From: a virus | Taxonomy: Duplodnaviria; Caudoviricetes | Reading direction: 5' to 3' (one strand) | Length of the DNA stretch: 36,635 nucleotides | Virus record (IMG/VR): IMGVR_UViG_3300046387_000715 | Coordinates: 1 to 36,635 of that record | Part shown: one piece after another, positions 8,868 to 17,342 of the stretch | How the letters are laid out: the number at the start of each line of letters is the position of its first letter | How positions within the stretch are numbered: the stretch's first letter is position 1 | Program-made: the position numbers and the translations under genes | Notes under the pieces: generated by a model | Told to the model about the DNA's origin: nothing | Database searches by the model: none | The model's input: the letters and a program-made list of their open reading frames with translations, nothing else

Positions 8868-9073
8868 AAAGCCCCCCGAAGCTTCGAGGCGAGCTCAGAT
8901 TTTTTATTTACATCTGCATCTAAAAAATCGAGCAAACCTTTCATACCTTGCTCCCAAGCCAAAGTTTGCGCTTCATCATATGTGAGCGATTGGTCATTAT
9001 CGGTGATATAATCAACGTGCATTTCATGCGCGTCCATCATAAATTGCATTTTATCGTTCATATCGTTCCCCAT
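8864..9073 (-). CDS. hypothetical protein
   Basis: Overlaps both neighbours in the operon. Confidence 0.55.
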   Translation of the reverse strand: MGNDMNDKMQFMMDAHEMHVDYITDNDQSLTYDEAQTLAWEQGMKGLLDFLDADVNKKSELASKLRGAL

Positions 9074-9279
9074 TTATTCGATGTTAATACATCCCAGAAG
9101 AAATCTTCACCAAAATCTTCCATGAGCTCTTTCGTCAATCGAGCAGAAAGCTTTTGGGCGCGACTACCATGCCAAAGCCTTGGGGTTGGATCATTTTCTT
9201 CTTCGCAAACAAGGACGTCTATTTCCCAAGAGCGATACGACAGGTTTACCCAAGCGTGATTTTTTGCAGTTGCTGACAT
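9058..9279 (-). CDS. hypothetical protein
   Basis: RBS GGAGGT before MSATAK. Confidence 0.6.
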   Translation of the reverse strand: MSATAKNHAWVNLSYRSWEIDVLVCEEENDPTPRLWHGSRAQKLSARLTKELMEDFGEDFFWDVLTSNKWGTI

Positions 9280-9327
9280 TTTTACCTCCATAAAATAATA
9301 AAGAAGGGGGCAGCGCCCCCCCCGATA

Positions 9328-10188
9328 TCAGCCCAAGTCAGCCCAAGCGCGGCTGTTAATAGCACGGGCGATGATTTGCTCACGATCCCGTGTAACCGCC
9401 TCTGGGATCTTGTGGCCGTCTGTGTGGCTCGCCCAGTGCGTAAGGCAATTGTAAAGCGCCCACTTGTTGCGACCTAACCCCGACATTTCTTGCGAAAGCT
9501 GTTCAATCAAAATGTTTACCTGTTTTTTGTTGAAAGCAAATTCTTCCGCTTTTGACTTCACAGGAACAACGTCAGTTTTGAAAAATTGGTGCGCTTGCTC
9601 AACGTTTATTTTTGTAGAGCGATAATTATCCCAAAGTTCTTTTTGGTTTTGAAATATATTTAGGCCGCGTTCAATTTGATTGACGGTTGAGCTTATATTG
9701 AGATTAGTTGTGTGACGCGCCCATATGCGGGCAATCGTGTCTGCGCTAGTGCAACCGTTAGTGCACCACAAGCGCAATCCATCAGTTTGATTTTGGTATG
9801 CCCAAGAACCATCGTAACTATTGAAGGCGGTGGCCCGAAACTTAACGTAATCACCAACTTCTGGCTCAGTAACAATATCGTTGAAAAGAACCTCGACTTT
9901 CAGCTTACGGCCATCGTCGAGTGAAGTTACATTGAAGTCAAAGTCACCGCTAATATTTGCTTTTTTGATTGCATCGTACTGAGCGTTAATGACGGTTTCA
10001 TTTGAAAGCACGGTGTAGCTTTCGTTGTGAACGTGGAGAAGCTGGTTTGTATCACCGCGAAACAAAGCTTTAAATTTTGGGATTTCTCCGTAGCCATCTA
10101 CCTTGAGTGGTTTTTCCATGACTTCAAAGCAAGCAGCGTCTATTGATGCTTGAGAAAGTTCGTCAATCTGTGTCGTAAAGTCCAACAT
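9328..10188 (-). CDS. DUF932/DUF945-family protein
   Basis: YTVLSN, FNSYDGS, LRLWCTNG, RHT and WALYNCLTHWASH motifs; start reassigned to MLDFTT (RBS AGAGG). Confidence 0.85.
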   Translation of the reverse strand: MLDFTTQIDELSQASIDAACFEVMEKPLKVDGYGEIPKFKALFRGDTNQLLHVHNESYTVLSNETVINAQYDAIKKANISGDFDFNVTSLDDGRKLKVEVLFNDIVTEPEVGDYVKFRATAFNSYDGSWAYQNQTDGLRLWCTNGCTSADTIARIWARHTTNLNISSTVNQIERGLNIFQNQKELWDNYRSTKINVEQAHQFFKTDVVPVKSKAEEFAFNKKQVNILIEQLSQEMSGLGRNKWALYNCLTHWASHTDGHKIPEAVTRDREQIIARAINSRAWADLG

Positions 10189-10220
10189 TTTTAACCTCTT
10201 TTGTAAGTGTTGCATTTACT

Positions 10221-10262
10221 CTTATGCTCTCGCTCTGGACAAATGTAAATAGTTTTTTTACA
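10221..10262 (-). promoter_or_regulatory. repeated early promoter/operator, copy 2
   Basis: TGTAAAT-AGTTT-TTTTACA (10244-10262); minus strand TTTACA-N17-CATAAG. Confidence 0.7.
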
Positions 10263-10264
10263 TA

Positions 10265-10720
10265 ATGACAAAAAAAATGGAAAAGAAGATGAATAAAGTC
10301 GAAATAGAAGTATCTGGACAGCCTCAAGGAAAGGGTCGCCCAAGGTTCACAAGAACAGGTCGCGCTTATACACCGTCAAAAACAAAAGAGTATGAGGGCC
10401 GAATTAAAGCAGCCACTTGGGCGGTCATGCGTCAGCAATCACGTGTAGCAACTGACAAGCCTGTTTACGTGGAGATAATCGCTTTTATGGAGATACCGAA
10501 GTCTTGGCCCCAGAAGAAAAGGCTTGCGGCTGAGTTTGGAGCGATACGGCATATGGTTAAGCCGGATGTCGACAATATAGCGAAAGCTGCTCTTGATGGG
10601 ATCTCAGGAGCCCATGGGGTAATTCAAGACGATAAACAAGTTCATACGATGAAGATACAAAAACAGTACTGTCACCCCGCCCGTGGGCCGGTTCTCTACA
10701 TTTCTGTTTCTTGGGAATAA
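10265..10720 (+). CDS. rusA: RusA-family Holliday junction resolvase
   Basis: PQGKGRPRF, KPDVDNIAKAALDG and IQDDKQV catalytic Asp motifs; true start may be 10277 or 10289. Confidence 0.9.
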   Translation: MTKKMEKKMNKVEIEVSGQPQGKGRPRFTRTGRAYTPSKTKEYEGRIKAATWAVMRQQSRVATDKPVYVEIIAFMEIPKSWPQKKRLAAEFGAIRHMVKPDVDNIAKAALDGISGAHGVIQDDKQVHTMKIQKQYCHPARGPVLYISVSWE

Positions 10721-11022
10721 GACCAGTCAGGGCCATACTTTTCGAGCCAAAGCTTAGGTTCCCTGTGTAACGCTGTTTTGCTACTGTCAAACAGCCCTTG
10801 GTGATGACCTTCGCACAGTGGTATCGCTGTATTATCAGAGCGCTTGTGAGTTCCATATCGGTTGTGAATAGGGTGGTGGGCTTGCGTTGGGCTTTGCTGC
10901 ACCTCGCCAAAAGTTTTACACACAACGCAATGCTGCTCCCTAATCCATTTTAAGAAAGCAATGTCTTTTTTATTTTTGGGCTTCTTCAATCCAAGCGGGG
11001 GCTTTTTCATCAGGTTTGACAT
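10696..11022 (-). CDS. DUF968/Ref-like HNH zinc nuclease
   Basis: FLKWIREQHCVVC, AHH and IPLCEGHH motifs. Confidence 0.75.
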   Translation of the reverse strand: MSNLMKKPPLGLKKPKNKKDIAFLKWIREQHCVVCKTFGEVQQSPTQAHHPIHNRYGTHKRSDNTAIPLCEGHHQGLFDSSKTALHREPKLWLEKYGPDWSYSQETEM

Positions 11023-11131
11023 CATTTTCCTTTGAATTGCTGTGCTTGCAGTTTTCTGAAGGTGCCGCGCCACATTTTCGGCATGGCTCCCCTAAGCTCC
11101 TCATTGGGTTTGGATTTGCAAGATTTTTCAT
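10970..11131 (-). CDS. small zinc-finger-like protein (missed by the ORF track)
   Basis: MKNLANPNPMRSLGEPCRKCGAAPSENCKH...; ATGA overlap with the upstream gene. Confidence 0.5.
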   Translation of the reverse strand: MKNLANPNPMRSLGEPCRKCGAAPSENCKHSNSKENDVKPDEKAPAWIEEAQK

Positions 11132-11430
11132 AGGTGGTCAAAATTCCCCGCAAGAACCTCAGAAACCCGACCACTGTTTACCCGCAACTCGGTGGCAATT
11201 GTTTGTAAATCCTTGCTTGGGTTTTTTGTTACTTCTTTTTTGATAGCGTCACGAATATAAGCGGTCATTTTTCTGCTTTTGACGGGAGCTTTCCTTTCTT
11301 TGTATTTGTCTCGATACATCAGCCCCAACGCTTCTCGCAACTTAATACGCGTTTCTACTTGAATATTGTGGTAGTCTAAGACTTCTTCAATCTTAGCCCG
11401 CGCCTCTGGTATTTTCGGTTTACCTGTCAT
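11128..11430 (-). CDS. protein with C-terminal HTH
   Basis: DLQTIATELRVNSGRVSEVLAG; start reassigned to MTGKPK (RBS GGAGG). Confidence 0.7.
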   Translation of the reverse strand: MTGKPKIPEARAKIEEVLDYHNIQVETRIKLREALGLMYRDKYKERKAPVKSRKMTAYIRDAIKKEVTKNPSKDLQTIATELRVNSGRVSEVLAGNFDHL

Positions 11431-11836
11431 CCAAAACCTCCATTGGGTCAAACCCAATCGTTTCCGATAATTTTTGCATCGCAGTTTCAAAATACACTGA
11501 AAAAGCTTTTTGATCCATCTTTGTGTAAGCAATACTGTCAGGTGTGTAGTAAATAGACCCTGTTGTTTGATTTACTACCGTTCTGTAAAAACCGCATATC
11601 ATCTTCAAATCATCGTGAAGATGCGAAGCTGTGGCCCAAGCGCCAGTTTGCTTAACGACCCTACCTAGAACAACCCAATACAGCTTGTGGTGGGGGTCTG
11701 AGCGCCTTGAGACTGGCTTTACGTCAAAAAGCTGACCATCTGGGAAACCTTCAATAGTTTCCGCGTCATAAATAGAAATGGGCAAAAAATGCCCATCTCT
11801 TTTTTCCACTTGGATTTTAGGTTTTATCTTCGACAT
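11420..11836 (-). CDS. NinB-like/DUF1367 recombination accessory protein
   Basis: RSDPHHKLYW, LHDDLK and PDSIAYTKMDQKAFSVYF motifs. Confidence 0.7.
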   Translation of the reverse strand: MSKIKPKIQVEKRDGHFLPISIYDAETIEGFPDGQLFDVKPVSRRSDPHHKLYWVVLGRVVKQTGAWATASHLHDDLKMICGFYRTVVNQTTGSIYYTPDSIAYTKMDQKAFSVYFETAMQKLSETIGFDPMEVLDDR

Positions 11837-12149
11837 CTGGGAATGGCTGTTCGCCAAAGAAAGATGATGTAATACGCAAAAAGGCTAACTGCTTCATGTT
11901 AAGCATACCTAAGCTTTCGGACATTTTTTCTTCTAAGTCCGCAACCCTTTCTTCCGCTTTCATCCTTTCAATGTTGATTTTGTTTGCAAGGTTGACCGCG
12001 TTTTCCTCATTTTCCCTAGCATGGTTTGCATCGTCTTTGGTGTTTTCTAAAGCAAACCTAAGGGTTTCAATTTTACTCAAAGCGGCGTTCAGTTCAGATT
12101 GAAGCTTCGAAGGGCGACCCATTTTCTTTTTAACTGGCTTAGCACTCAT
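11817..12149 (-). CDS. coiled-coil protein with N-terminal GRP motif
   Basis: KKKMGRPSK followed by a coiled coil; ATGA overlap. Confidence 0.6.
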   Translation of the reverse strand: MSAKPVKKKMGRPSKLQSELNAALSKIETLRFALENTKDDANHARENEENAVNLANKINIERMKAEERVADLEEKMSESLGMLNMKQLAFLRITSSFFGEQPFPDVEDKT

Positions 12150-12574
12150 CTTGAAAACAACCTTCTCTTTTTAGGGAATGGAAAAAAGATTGCACCAGTC
12201 TCGACTTCAACATCATCATCGTTGTAGTGGGCTGGTTGGCTGAAATCATCCAGCATGAAATCTTCAATTGTCTGCGTTTTAACGCATGCTCTAGTGTATT
12301 CACCCGCATGAGCATGTTTAGAGCCATTGCTTTTGGTTGTTGATATTTTGTAACCAGAAGGATCAGTTTCCAATAAAAGGTAATTTGTTCCACGGTCATC
12401 TTTGACGTGCTGAAATGTGCACCTGTCTCCAACAACAATTTTTGCCCTTCGCATCACTGTTTCTGAAATAGCGCAGGAAAATGTAGAGTGCTTTCCAACA
12501 TGCAGTTTAACTGTGGAGCCAGTGCTTCCCTTGGTTACGTTTGGCTGTATTTTTTTAATGATGGTATATTTCAT
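12146..12574 (-). CDS. hypothetical protein
   Basis: RBS GAGGT; packed in the operon. Confidence 0.6.
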   Translation of the reverse strand: MKYTIIKKIQPNVTKGSTGSTVKLHVGKHSTFSCAISETVMRRAKIVVGDRCTFQHVKDDRGTNYLLLETDPSGYKISTTKSNGSKHAHAGEYTRACVKTQTIEDFMLDDFSQPAHYNDDDVEVETGAIFFPFPKKRRLFSR

Positions 12575-12584
12575 TTCAGTTACC

Positions 12585-12971
12585 TCAAAATGGGATTTCG
12601 TCGTCTACGTCACGACTGTTTGAGCCTTGGGTTTGATTTCCCTGATCATAACCTTGGCTTCGGCCTTCATCGGCCTGTTGCTTGGCATTGTTGCCTAACA
12701 ATTCGACATCTCTTACACGGCAACCAATATAGGTTTTCCCATTATATTCGCGGGTCGTGAGTTCACCCTCGACATAAACTTGCTGCCCCTTTTTAGTGTA
12801 AGGGGCGAGGGAAGTTGCCAGCTTACCCCAGATAGAACAATCAATAAATGTTACCTCTTTTGTCCGGCGGTCATTTCTAGCAATGCTGAAATTTAAAACC
12901 TCACTATCCCCAAGGTTTTTAAGCTCGCTGTCGCGTGTGATGTTGCCGATAGCAGTAATTTTTAAAGTCAT
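12585..12971 (-). CDS. ssb: single-stranded DNA-binding protein
   Basis: GNITRD, KKGQQVYVEGEL and acidic C-terminal DDEIPF. Confidence 0.95.
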   Translation of the reverse strand: MTLKITAIGNITRDSELKNLGDSEVLNFSIARNDRRTKEVTFIDCSIWGKLATSLAPYTKKGQQVYVEGELTTREYNGKTYIGCRVRDVELLGNNAKQQADEGRSQGYDQGNQTQGSNSRDVDDEIPF

Positions 12972-13562
12972 TTACTTAAACCCCGATATAATTTCATTTT
13001 CTTTTTCCTCCCAAAGGGCGATAAGCTGCCCCGCATACCCTTTGTTAAATTCAAGCAGCCCAGAAAAAACTGCATTAGCGTTCTTCTCTTGAAGCTCCAG
13101 ATCGCGCTTGCTGTTACAATTTTCATGCAGCCATTTTTCGAGCTTGGTTGCCCGTTCATAAACCTTCTTTTCGGCTTCCTCTTTAGTGATAGCTGTATTG
13201 CCATCATCATCTTCTGTTGGAAGTCCAGTTACAGATAACAGCCCATATCTCCGAGCGTAGGTTATAGCGCCCCCTAAAGACTGCATATCTGATTTTTTAT
13301 ATTGAAGATAAACCTTACAATTGAAGAAGTTACCTGTCTGGTGAACCATTTTTGTATCAATGTATTCTCCAAACTCATCAGCGCCGCCCTCTTGAACGAC
13401 AGCGAACCCTTCCGCGTGGAAGGCGGGAAAAACCTTCTCTTGAATTTTATCAAGTGAAGCGTAGTTGTTCCCAAGGAAAGGGTTCTTGGCGCTTTTGATA
13501 GCGGCTTCCATATTTGCTTGCGCGATAGCAAAAGCTGTAATGTGATTGTTATTTTCCATCAT
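12972..13562 (-). CDS. erf: Erf-family single-strand annealing recombinase
   Basis: KNPFLGNNYASL and QSLGGAITYARRYGL...EDDDGN signature. Confidence 0.93.
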   Translation of the reverse strand: MMENNNHITAFAIAQANMEAAIKSAKNPFLGNNYASLDKIQEKVFPAFHAEGFAVVQEGGADEFGEYIDTKMVHQTGNFFNCKVYLQYKKSDMQSLGGAITYARRYGLLSVTGLPTEDDDGNTAITKEEAEKKVYERATKLEKWLHENCNSKRDLELQEKNANAVFSGLLEFNKGYAGQLIALWEEKENEIISGFK

Positions 13563-14041
13563 TTCATCCTTAAACTTATTGATTGCGGCCCAGTCACCAA
13601 ACTTACACCGCTGATTGTCTCACCTGATGTCAACAACCTTTTGATCGTTGCCTTGTCTGGGGTGACGGTTGTTTTGCATAATTGTGTTGGTATCTCCTTT
13701 TCATCTTCTATGAGCACACTTTGCGTTCCGTTGCGGAGCGAAACAGTGGCTAGGGGGTGGGGTATCTTCTTCTGACCCGTTGCGAGCAGAATAGATTTAA
13801 GGGCTCTCTTGAGACCCTCCTGACGCGCTCTGACAGCATCGCGGCGCTGTGTGTACTTTTTTATAATATGATCCAGCTTGGCCTCGTCACCTTCTGCATC
13901 CACAAGATCAGAAACGGCTGAACCAACCATATCCATAACGTCAGTTTCGCCATCAAGTGTATCCCAAAATGTTTCAAGATCATCCGCATGATCGGTGAGC
14001 ATTTCAGAAATATATGTGAGAGTTCCAGTATCTATTCTCAT
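13559..14041 (-). CDS. Siphovirus Gp157-family protein
   Basis: DTLDGE, coiled coil, IEDEKEIP..PDKATIKRLLTSGETISG; adjacent to erf. Confidence 0.85.
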   Translation of the reverse strand: MRIDTGTLTYISEMLTDHADDLETFWDTLDGETDVMDMVGSAVSDLVDAEGDEAKLDHIIKKYTQRRDAVRARQEGLKRALKSILLATGQKKIPHPLATVSLRNGTQSVLIEDEKEIPTQLCKTTVTPDKATIKRLLTSGETISGVSLVTGPQSISLRMK

Positions 14042-14256
14042 GACCCATCCCTCTCGCCGTTCCAGTCATCGATTGCTTTAGCAAACGCATCGTCGATGAA
14101 CGACATTGTTTGGGCGGGGAAGGTTGAGCGCAAATATTGTTCGTGAGTGATTTCGCCTAAGTCAGCTTTCTGACGAAGCTCGCCATCTCTTTTGATAATT
14201 TCATTGCAAAGTCTAATTTTTACAAATGACAATGGTGGCGTCTTGGTAATCTTCAT
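14038..14256 (-). CDS. hypothetical protein
   Basis: RBS GAGGA; first gene of the leftward recombination operon. Confidence 0.6.
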   Translation of the reverse strand: MKITKTPPLSFVKIRLCNEIIKRDGELRQKADLGEITHEQYLRSTFPAQTMSFIDDAFAKAIDDWNGERDGS

Positions 14257-14280
14257 TTTACATTTCCTCTACAAGTTAGA

Positions 14281-14316
14281 GCTTTACTTTCTTTTATATA
14301 TGAGCAAAAGTAAAGC
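14281..14316. promoter_or_regulatory. inverted repeat in the divergent promoter region
   Basis: GCTTTACTTT (14281-14290) and AAAGTAAAGC (14307-14316) between divergent genes. Confidence 0.5.
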
Positions 14317-14341
14317 ATAAATTTGCGATAAAGGAAAAAAA

Positions 14342-14554
14342 ATGACTAACGCCGACCAGCAAAGGCTAGAGAGCATCAGGGGTGCCCTTGTTGACCGTAG
14401 GCTCAGGGTTGTGGCTTCGGAGATAGATATGACTTACGCGGCTCTTTCGAGGATCATGCGTGGCGGTCAGCCCTCAAGGAATACAATGTCCAAAATAGAA
14501 ACCTATTTAGAAAGGACTTCATACCAAAAAAATGAAGCCGACAGCAGGGACTAA
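14342..14554 (+). CDS. Cro-like HTH regulator
   Basis: LRVVASEIDMTYAALSRIMRGGQPSRNTMSKI; divergent position upstream of the replication gene. Confidence 0.75.
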   Translation: MTNADQQRLESIRGALVDRRLRVVASEIDMTYAALSRIMRGGQPSRNTMSKIETYLERTSYQKNEADSRD

Positions 14555-14657
14555 CTGCAATCGGCTCCAAAGCAACTATGGGGAGGTAAACCCATATTTG
14601 TGTTTATAGCAATTTAAGTTTAAAAGGCAAGTGCAACAAAACAAAGTGAGGTAAAAA

Positions 14658-15371
14658 ATGAGTTTTGAAGCTATTAACTGGGCGTGGAAGCAACGCGGCC
14701 TAACTTCAACGCAGAAGCTGACCCTTCTGGCTTTAGCAGACAGGCATAATCCAGACTTCGGATGCTTTCCAAGCATAAGTAAAATTTGCTCTGATACAGA
14801 GCTTTCGCGTTCAACTGTAATCCGTTGCACCCAATATTTACAAGACGCGGGCCTTGTTTCTAAGCAAAAAGCTCAGAGAAATAATGGTAGTGACACTTCA
14901 AATAGATACATTCTAGGGTTTGAGTTTGGGGTATCAGCGGAACACCCCCCCAGTGTCACTGAGACACCCCCCCCAGTTTCAGAAAGAAACCCCCATAACC
15001 AAGTAACTATAACCAGTAATAATAACCAATCTTATGATCAAATATTGAAAGAAGGTGGTTTTGATCTTTTTTGGGAATATTATCCAAGAAAAATTGGAAA
15101 GGGTGCTGCTAAGGCTTCATTCGTTAAGGCTGTGAAAAAAACAGGCGACGAATATTTAATCATTGAGAAAGCTGTAGCCTATGCAAATCACTGCATAAAA
15201 ACCTTAAAAGACCCAAAATTTATTCCCCATGCAGCAACTTGGCTTAATCAAGGTAGATGGGATGATGAGCTTGAAGAAAGGTCAGGGTTTGAGGATCTTT
15301 CGACGCAGCAACAGATGGATGAAATCATGTCGGGCGTTATGGGCGTTGCAAATGGAGGCTTGTTAAAATGA
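14658..15371 (+). CDS. replication initiator (N-terminal HTH_36-like; lambda O analog)
   Basis: KLTLLALAD..CFPSISKI..LSRSTVIR; C-terminal FWEYYPRKIGK..PHAATWLNQGRWDD. Confidence 0.88.
   Translation: MSFEAINWAWKQRGLTSTQKLTLLALADRHNPDFGCFPSISKICSDTELSRSTVIRCTQYLQDAGLVSKQKAQRNNGSDTSNRYILGFEFGVSAEHPPSVTETPPPVSERNPHNQVTITSNNNQSYDQILKEGGFDLFWEYYPRKIGKGAAKASFVKAVKKTGDEYLIIEKAVAYANHCIKTLKDPKFIPHAATWLNQGRWDDELEERSGFEDLSTQQQMDEIMSGVMGVANGGLLK
14931..14996 (+). repeat. iterons, putative replication origin
   Basis: Three ~22-bp direct repeats (GTATCAGCGGAACACCCCCCCA / GTGTCACTGAGACACCCCCCCCA / GTTTCAGAAAGAAACCCCCAT) inside the initiator linker, followed by an AT-rich stretch. Confidence 0.7.
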
Positions 15372-15853
15372 AAAACCCACTGAACTATGAAGGGCGTAAG
15401 CATATTATTGCAATGTGGCTTAAAGATTTTCTAGCTAGATTTGAAGTTCCGAAAGCATATGATAAGATCAAGGCGCGTGAGGAAATGGTTTTTATGGTCG
15501 AGGATATAAATAGTGAGCTCCCCTCTAAAATGAATGAAAATTATCTGAAATCTGTTTTGGGAAATATGGCTCAACATATCAGGAAAAATAATATTTCGAG
15601 AACTTGGCCAACGATCAAAAATTTTATGACAGCGATCAAAGAAATTGAACGACCTGAACCGGAAATGGCAAGCGATCTTTCTGATTTTTCACTTGCACCC
15701 CTTGCTATTAATGCAAAGAGGATAAAACTTCGTGAACCCGTTGCTGACTACTATATCATTGGCGGGGGTGCTAATCAGCTTCTTGATCAGGGGTTAGTTT
15801 CACAGGTTGATATTGACGCTTACAAGAATGGTCTTGATATGATTTCAAGATAG
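15368..15853 (+). CDS. hypothetical protein, possible helicase loader
   Basis: ATGA overlap with the initiator; RTWPTI motif; occupies the lambda P position. Confidence 0.55.
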   Translation: MKNPLNYEGRKHIIAMWLKDFLARFEVPKAYDKIKAREEMVFMVEDINSELPSKMNENYLKSVLGNMAQHIRKNNISRTWPTIKNFMTAIKEIERPEPEMASDLSDFSLAPLAINAKRIKLREPVADYYIIGGGANQLLDQGLVSQVDIDAYKNGLDMISR

Positions 15854-15862
15854 AAGTACGAT
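15834..15862 (+). promoter_or_regulatory. sigma70-like promoter (pR'-like)
   Basis: TTGATA-N17-TACGAT. Confidence 0.5.
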
Positions 15863-15909
15863 CCAGTGACAGGGGCTTAGACGCCTGACCCTCTGCTTCA
15901 CAAACTTCC

Positions 15910-15953
15910 ACCCCCTCCGGCTAGGTTACGCACTGCGACGAGGGGGTTTTTTT
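15910..15953 (+). terminator. intrinsic terminator with a long structured loop
   Basis: ACCCCCTC...GAGGGGGT stem followed by a T7 tract. Confidence 0.8.
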
Positions 15954-15960
15954 ATTCCAT

Positions 15961-15969
15961 TGCTATACT
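15961..15969 (+). promoter_or_regulatory. extended -10 promoter element
   Basis: TGCTATACT; the same TGCTATA occurs at 19051 and 25179 upstream of rightward genes. Confidence 0.45.
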
Positions 15970-16015
15970 GTAAAAAAATCGGTACAAATTTGTCAGTATG
16001 TAAAAGGATTTCTAA

Positions 16016-16705
16016 ATGGAAGATAATTATCAGCGGGAAATATTCACCTACAAAGATAGAAGCTTCATGGTTCGCTCTGAAACGCTCGACAGCTTTGTTG
16101 TTAAAGAAGTTTCGGGTAGTGAATATAAAAAATTAAACCTTCGATCTGAAGATGTATGCCTTGATTTAGGTATGAACATAGGTGTTTTTTCTGTGGTTGC
16201 TTCCGAAAAATGCAAATTTGTTTATTCATTTGAGCCAGAGCCAACAAATTTTGAGATCGCTAATCAAAATCTGCAAATGAACAATGTTAAAAATGTTAAG
16301 CCTTACAATGTCGCGGTCGTAGGAAATAACGATAAAGAGCGTTTTCTTTCAGTAAACAAAAAACAAAACAAAGGAACGCATTCGCTAATTGAAAAAAGAG
16401 GCAGATACTCAACTCCTGTCGCTTGCATGAACATCAATAAAATTATTGAGGAAATGAACCCGACAGTTTTGAAGGTAGATGTTGAGGGTGCTGAGTATGA
16501 GATTTTAACAGCTATCAAGCCAGAAAATTTTAAAAATATAAGAGAGATAATTTTTGAGTATCATCACGCGCACTTGAATGACATCAAAACAAAAGAGAAA
16601 TACAAAAAATTGATAGCGTTTTTGAAAAGTGTTTTTTCAAACGTTGATTATAGACCGGAAACCAAGGGCGCTTGGGTTTCAAATGTTTACTGTTCAAAGG
16701 CTTAG
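16016..16705 (+). CDS. FkbM-family SAM-dependent methyltransferase
   Basis: CLDLGMNIGVFS, SFEPEPTNF, LKVDVEGAEYEIL and IIFEYH motifs. Confidence 0.92.
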   Translation: MEDNYQREIFTYKDRSFMVRSETLDSFVVKEVSGSEYKKLNLRSEDVCLDLGMNIGVFSVVASEKCKFVYSFEPEPTNFEIANQNLQMNNVKNVKPYNVAVVGNNDKERFLSVNKKQNKGTHSLIEKRGRYSTPVACMNINKIIEEMNPTVLKVDVEGAEYEILTAIKPENFKNIREIIFEYHHAHLNDIKTKEKYKKLIAFLKSVFSNVDYRPETKGAWVSNVYCSKA

Positions 16706-16712
16706 GTGAAAT

Positions 16713-17342
16713 ATGAAAGTTGAAGAAATAAATCTATCTGAGATTAAACCTTATGAGTTTAACCCAAGAAAAAATGAAAAAGCCATCGAGAAGGTTGCGG
16801 CAAGTTTGCGTGAGTTCGGTTGGAAGCAGCCCATTGTTGTAGACGAGCAAAATGTTGTTTTAGCGGGCCACACAAGGCTGGCAGCGGCGATTTCTTTGAG
16901 TTATCAGGTTGCGCCGGTTGTTGTTGCTGAGGGCCTTACAGACGCGCAAAAGGCGGCTTATCGCATAGCGGATAATAAAACTGCAGAATATTCCGAATGG
17001 GACAAAGACCTTTTGCAGCAAGAGTTTTCAAGGCTGATGGAGCTTGATGCGGATTTAACATCAACTTCTTTTTCCTTAGAAGATATTGCCGGCTTCTCAG
17101 ATGAATTTTTAGAGTGGGAAGATGATGATGATCAGTTTGAAAATGAAGAAAGTGAAGCGAGCGAAGAAAATTTGCTTGGTGAATTAAATTCCGCTCATGT
17201 CAAAATGGTGCTAATATACCTAAATACAGAAACAGAGCCAGTTTTCAGAGAAATGGCAGAAAAACTACAAGAACGTTTCGGTACAGAAAATTTGAGCGAT
17301 ACAATTTTTAAGGTCGTAGAAGATGGGTATAAAAATATTTGA
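16713..17342 (+). CDS. ParB/Srx-like domain protein
   Basis: IKPYEFNPRKN, SLREFGWKQPIVVD, VLAGHTRLAAA and YRIADNKTAE motifs; acidic linker; no fused methyltransferase domain. Confidence 0.9.
   Translation: MKVEEINLSEIKPYEFNPRKNEKAIEKVAASLREFGWKQPIVVDEQNVVLAGHTRLAAAISLSYQVAPVVVAEGLTDAQKAAYRIADNKTAEYSEWDKDLLQQEFSRLMELDADLTSTSFSLEDIAGFSDEFLEWEDDDDQFENEESEASEENLLGELNSAHVKMVLIYLNTETEPVFREMAEKLQERFGTENLSDTIFKVVEDGYKNI

Noticed and set aside
9306-9323. G/C hairpin after DUF932 as another cassette junction
   Set aside because: The stop-hairpin-RBS layout is similar, but the loop and flanks differ and a U-rich tail follows; probably a weak terminator.
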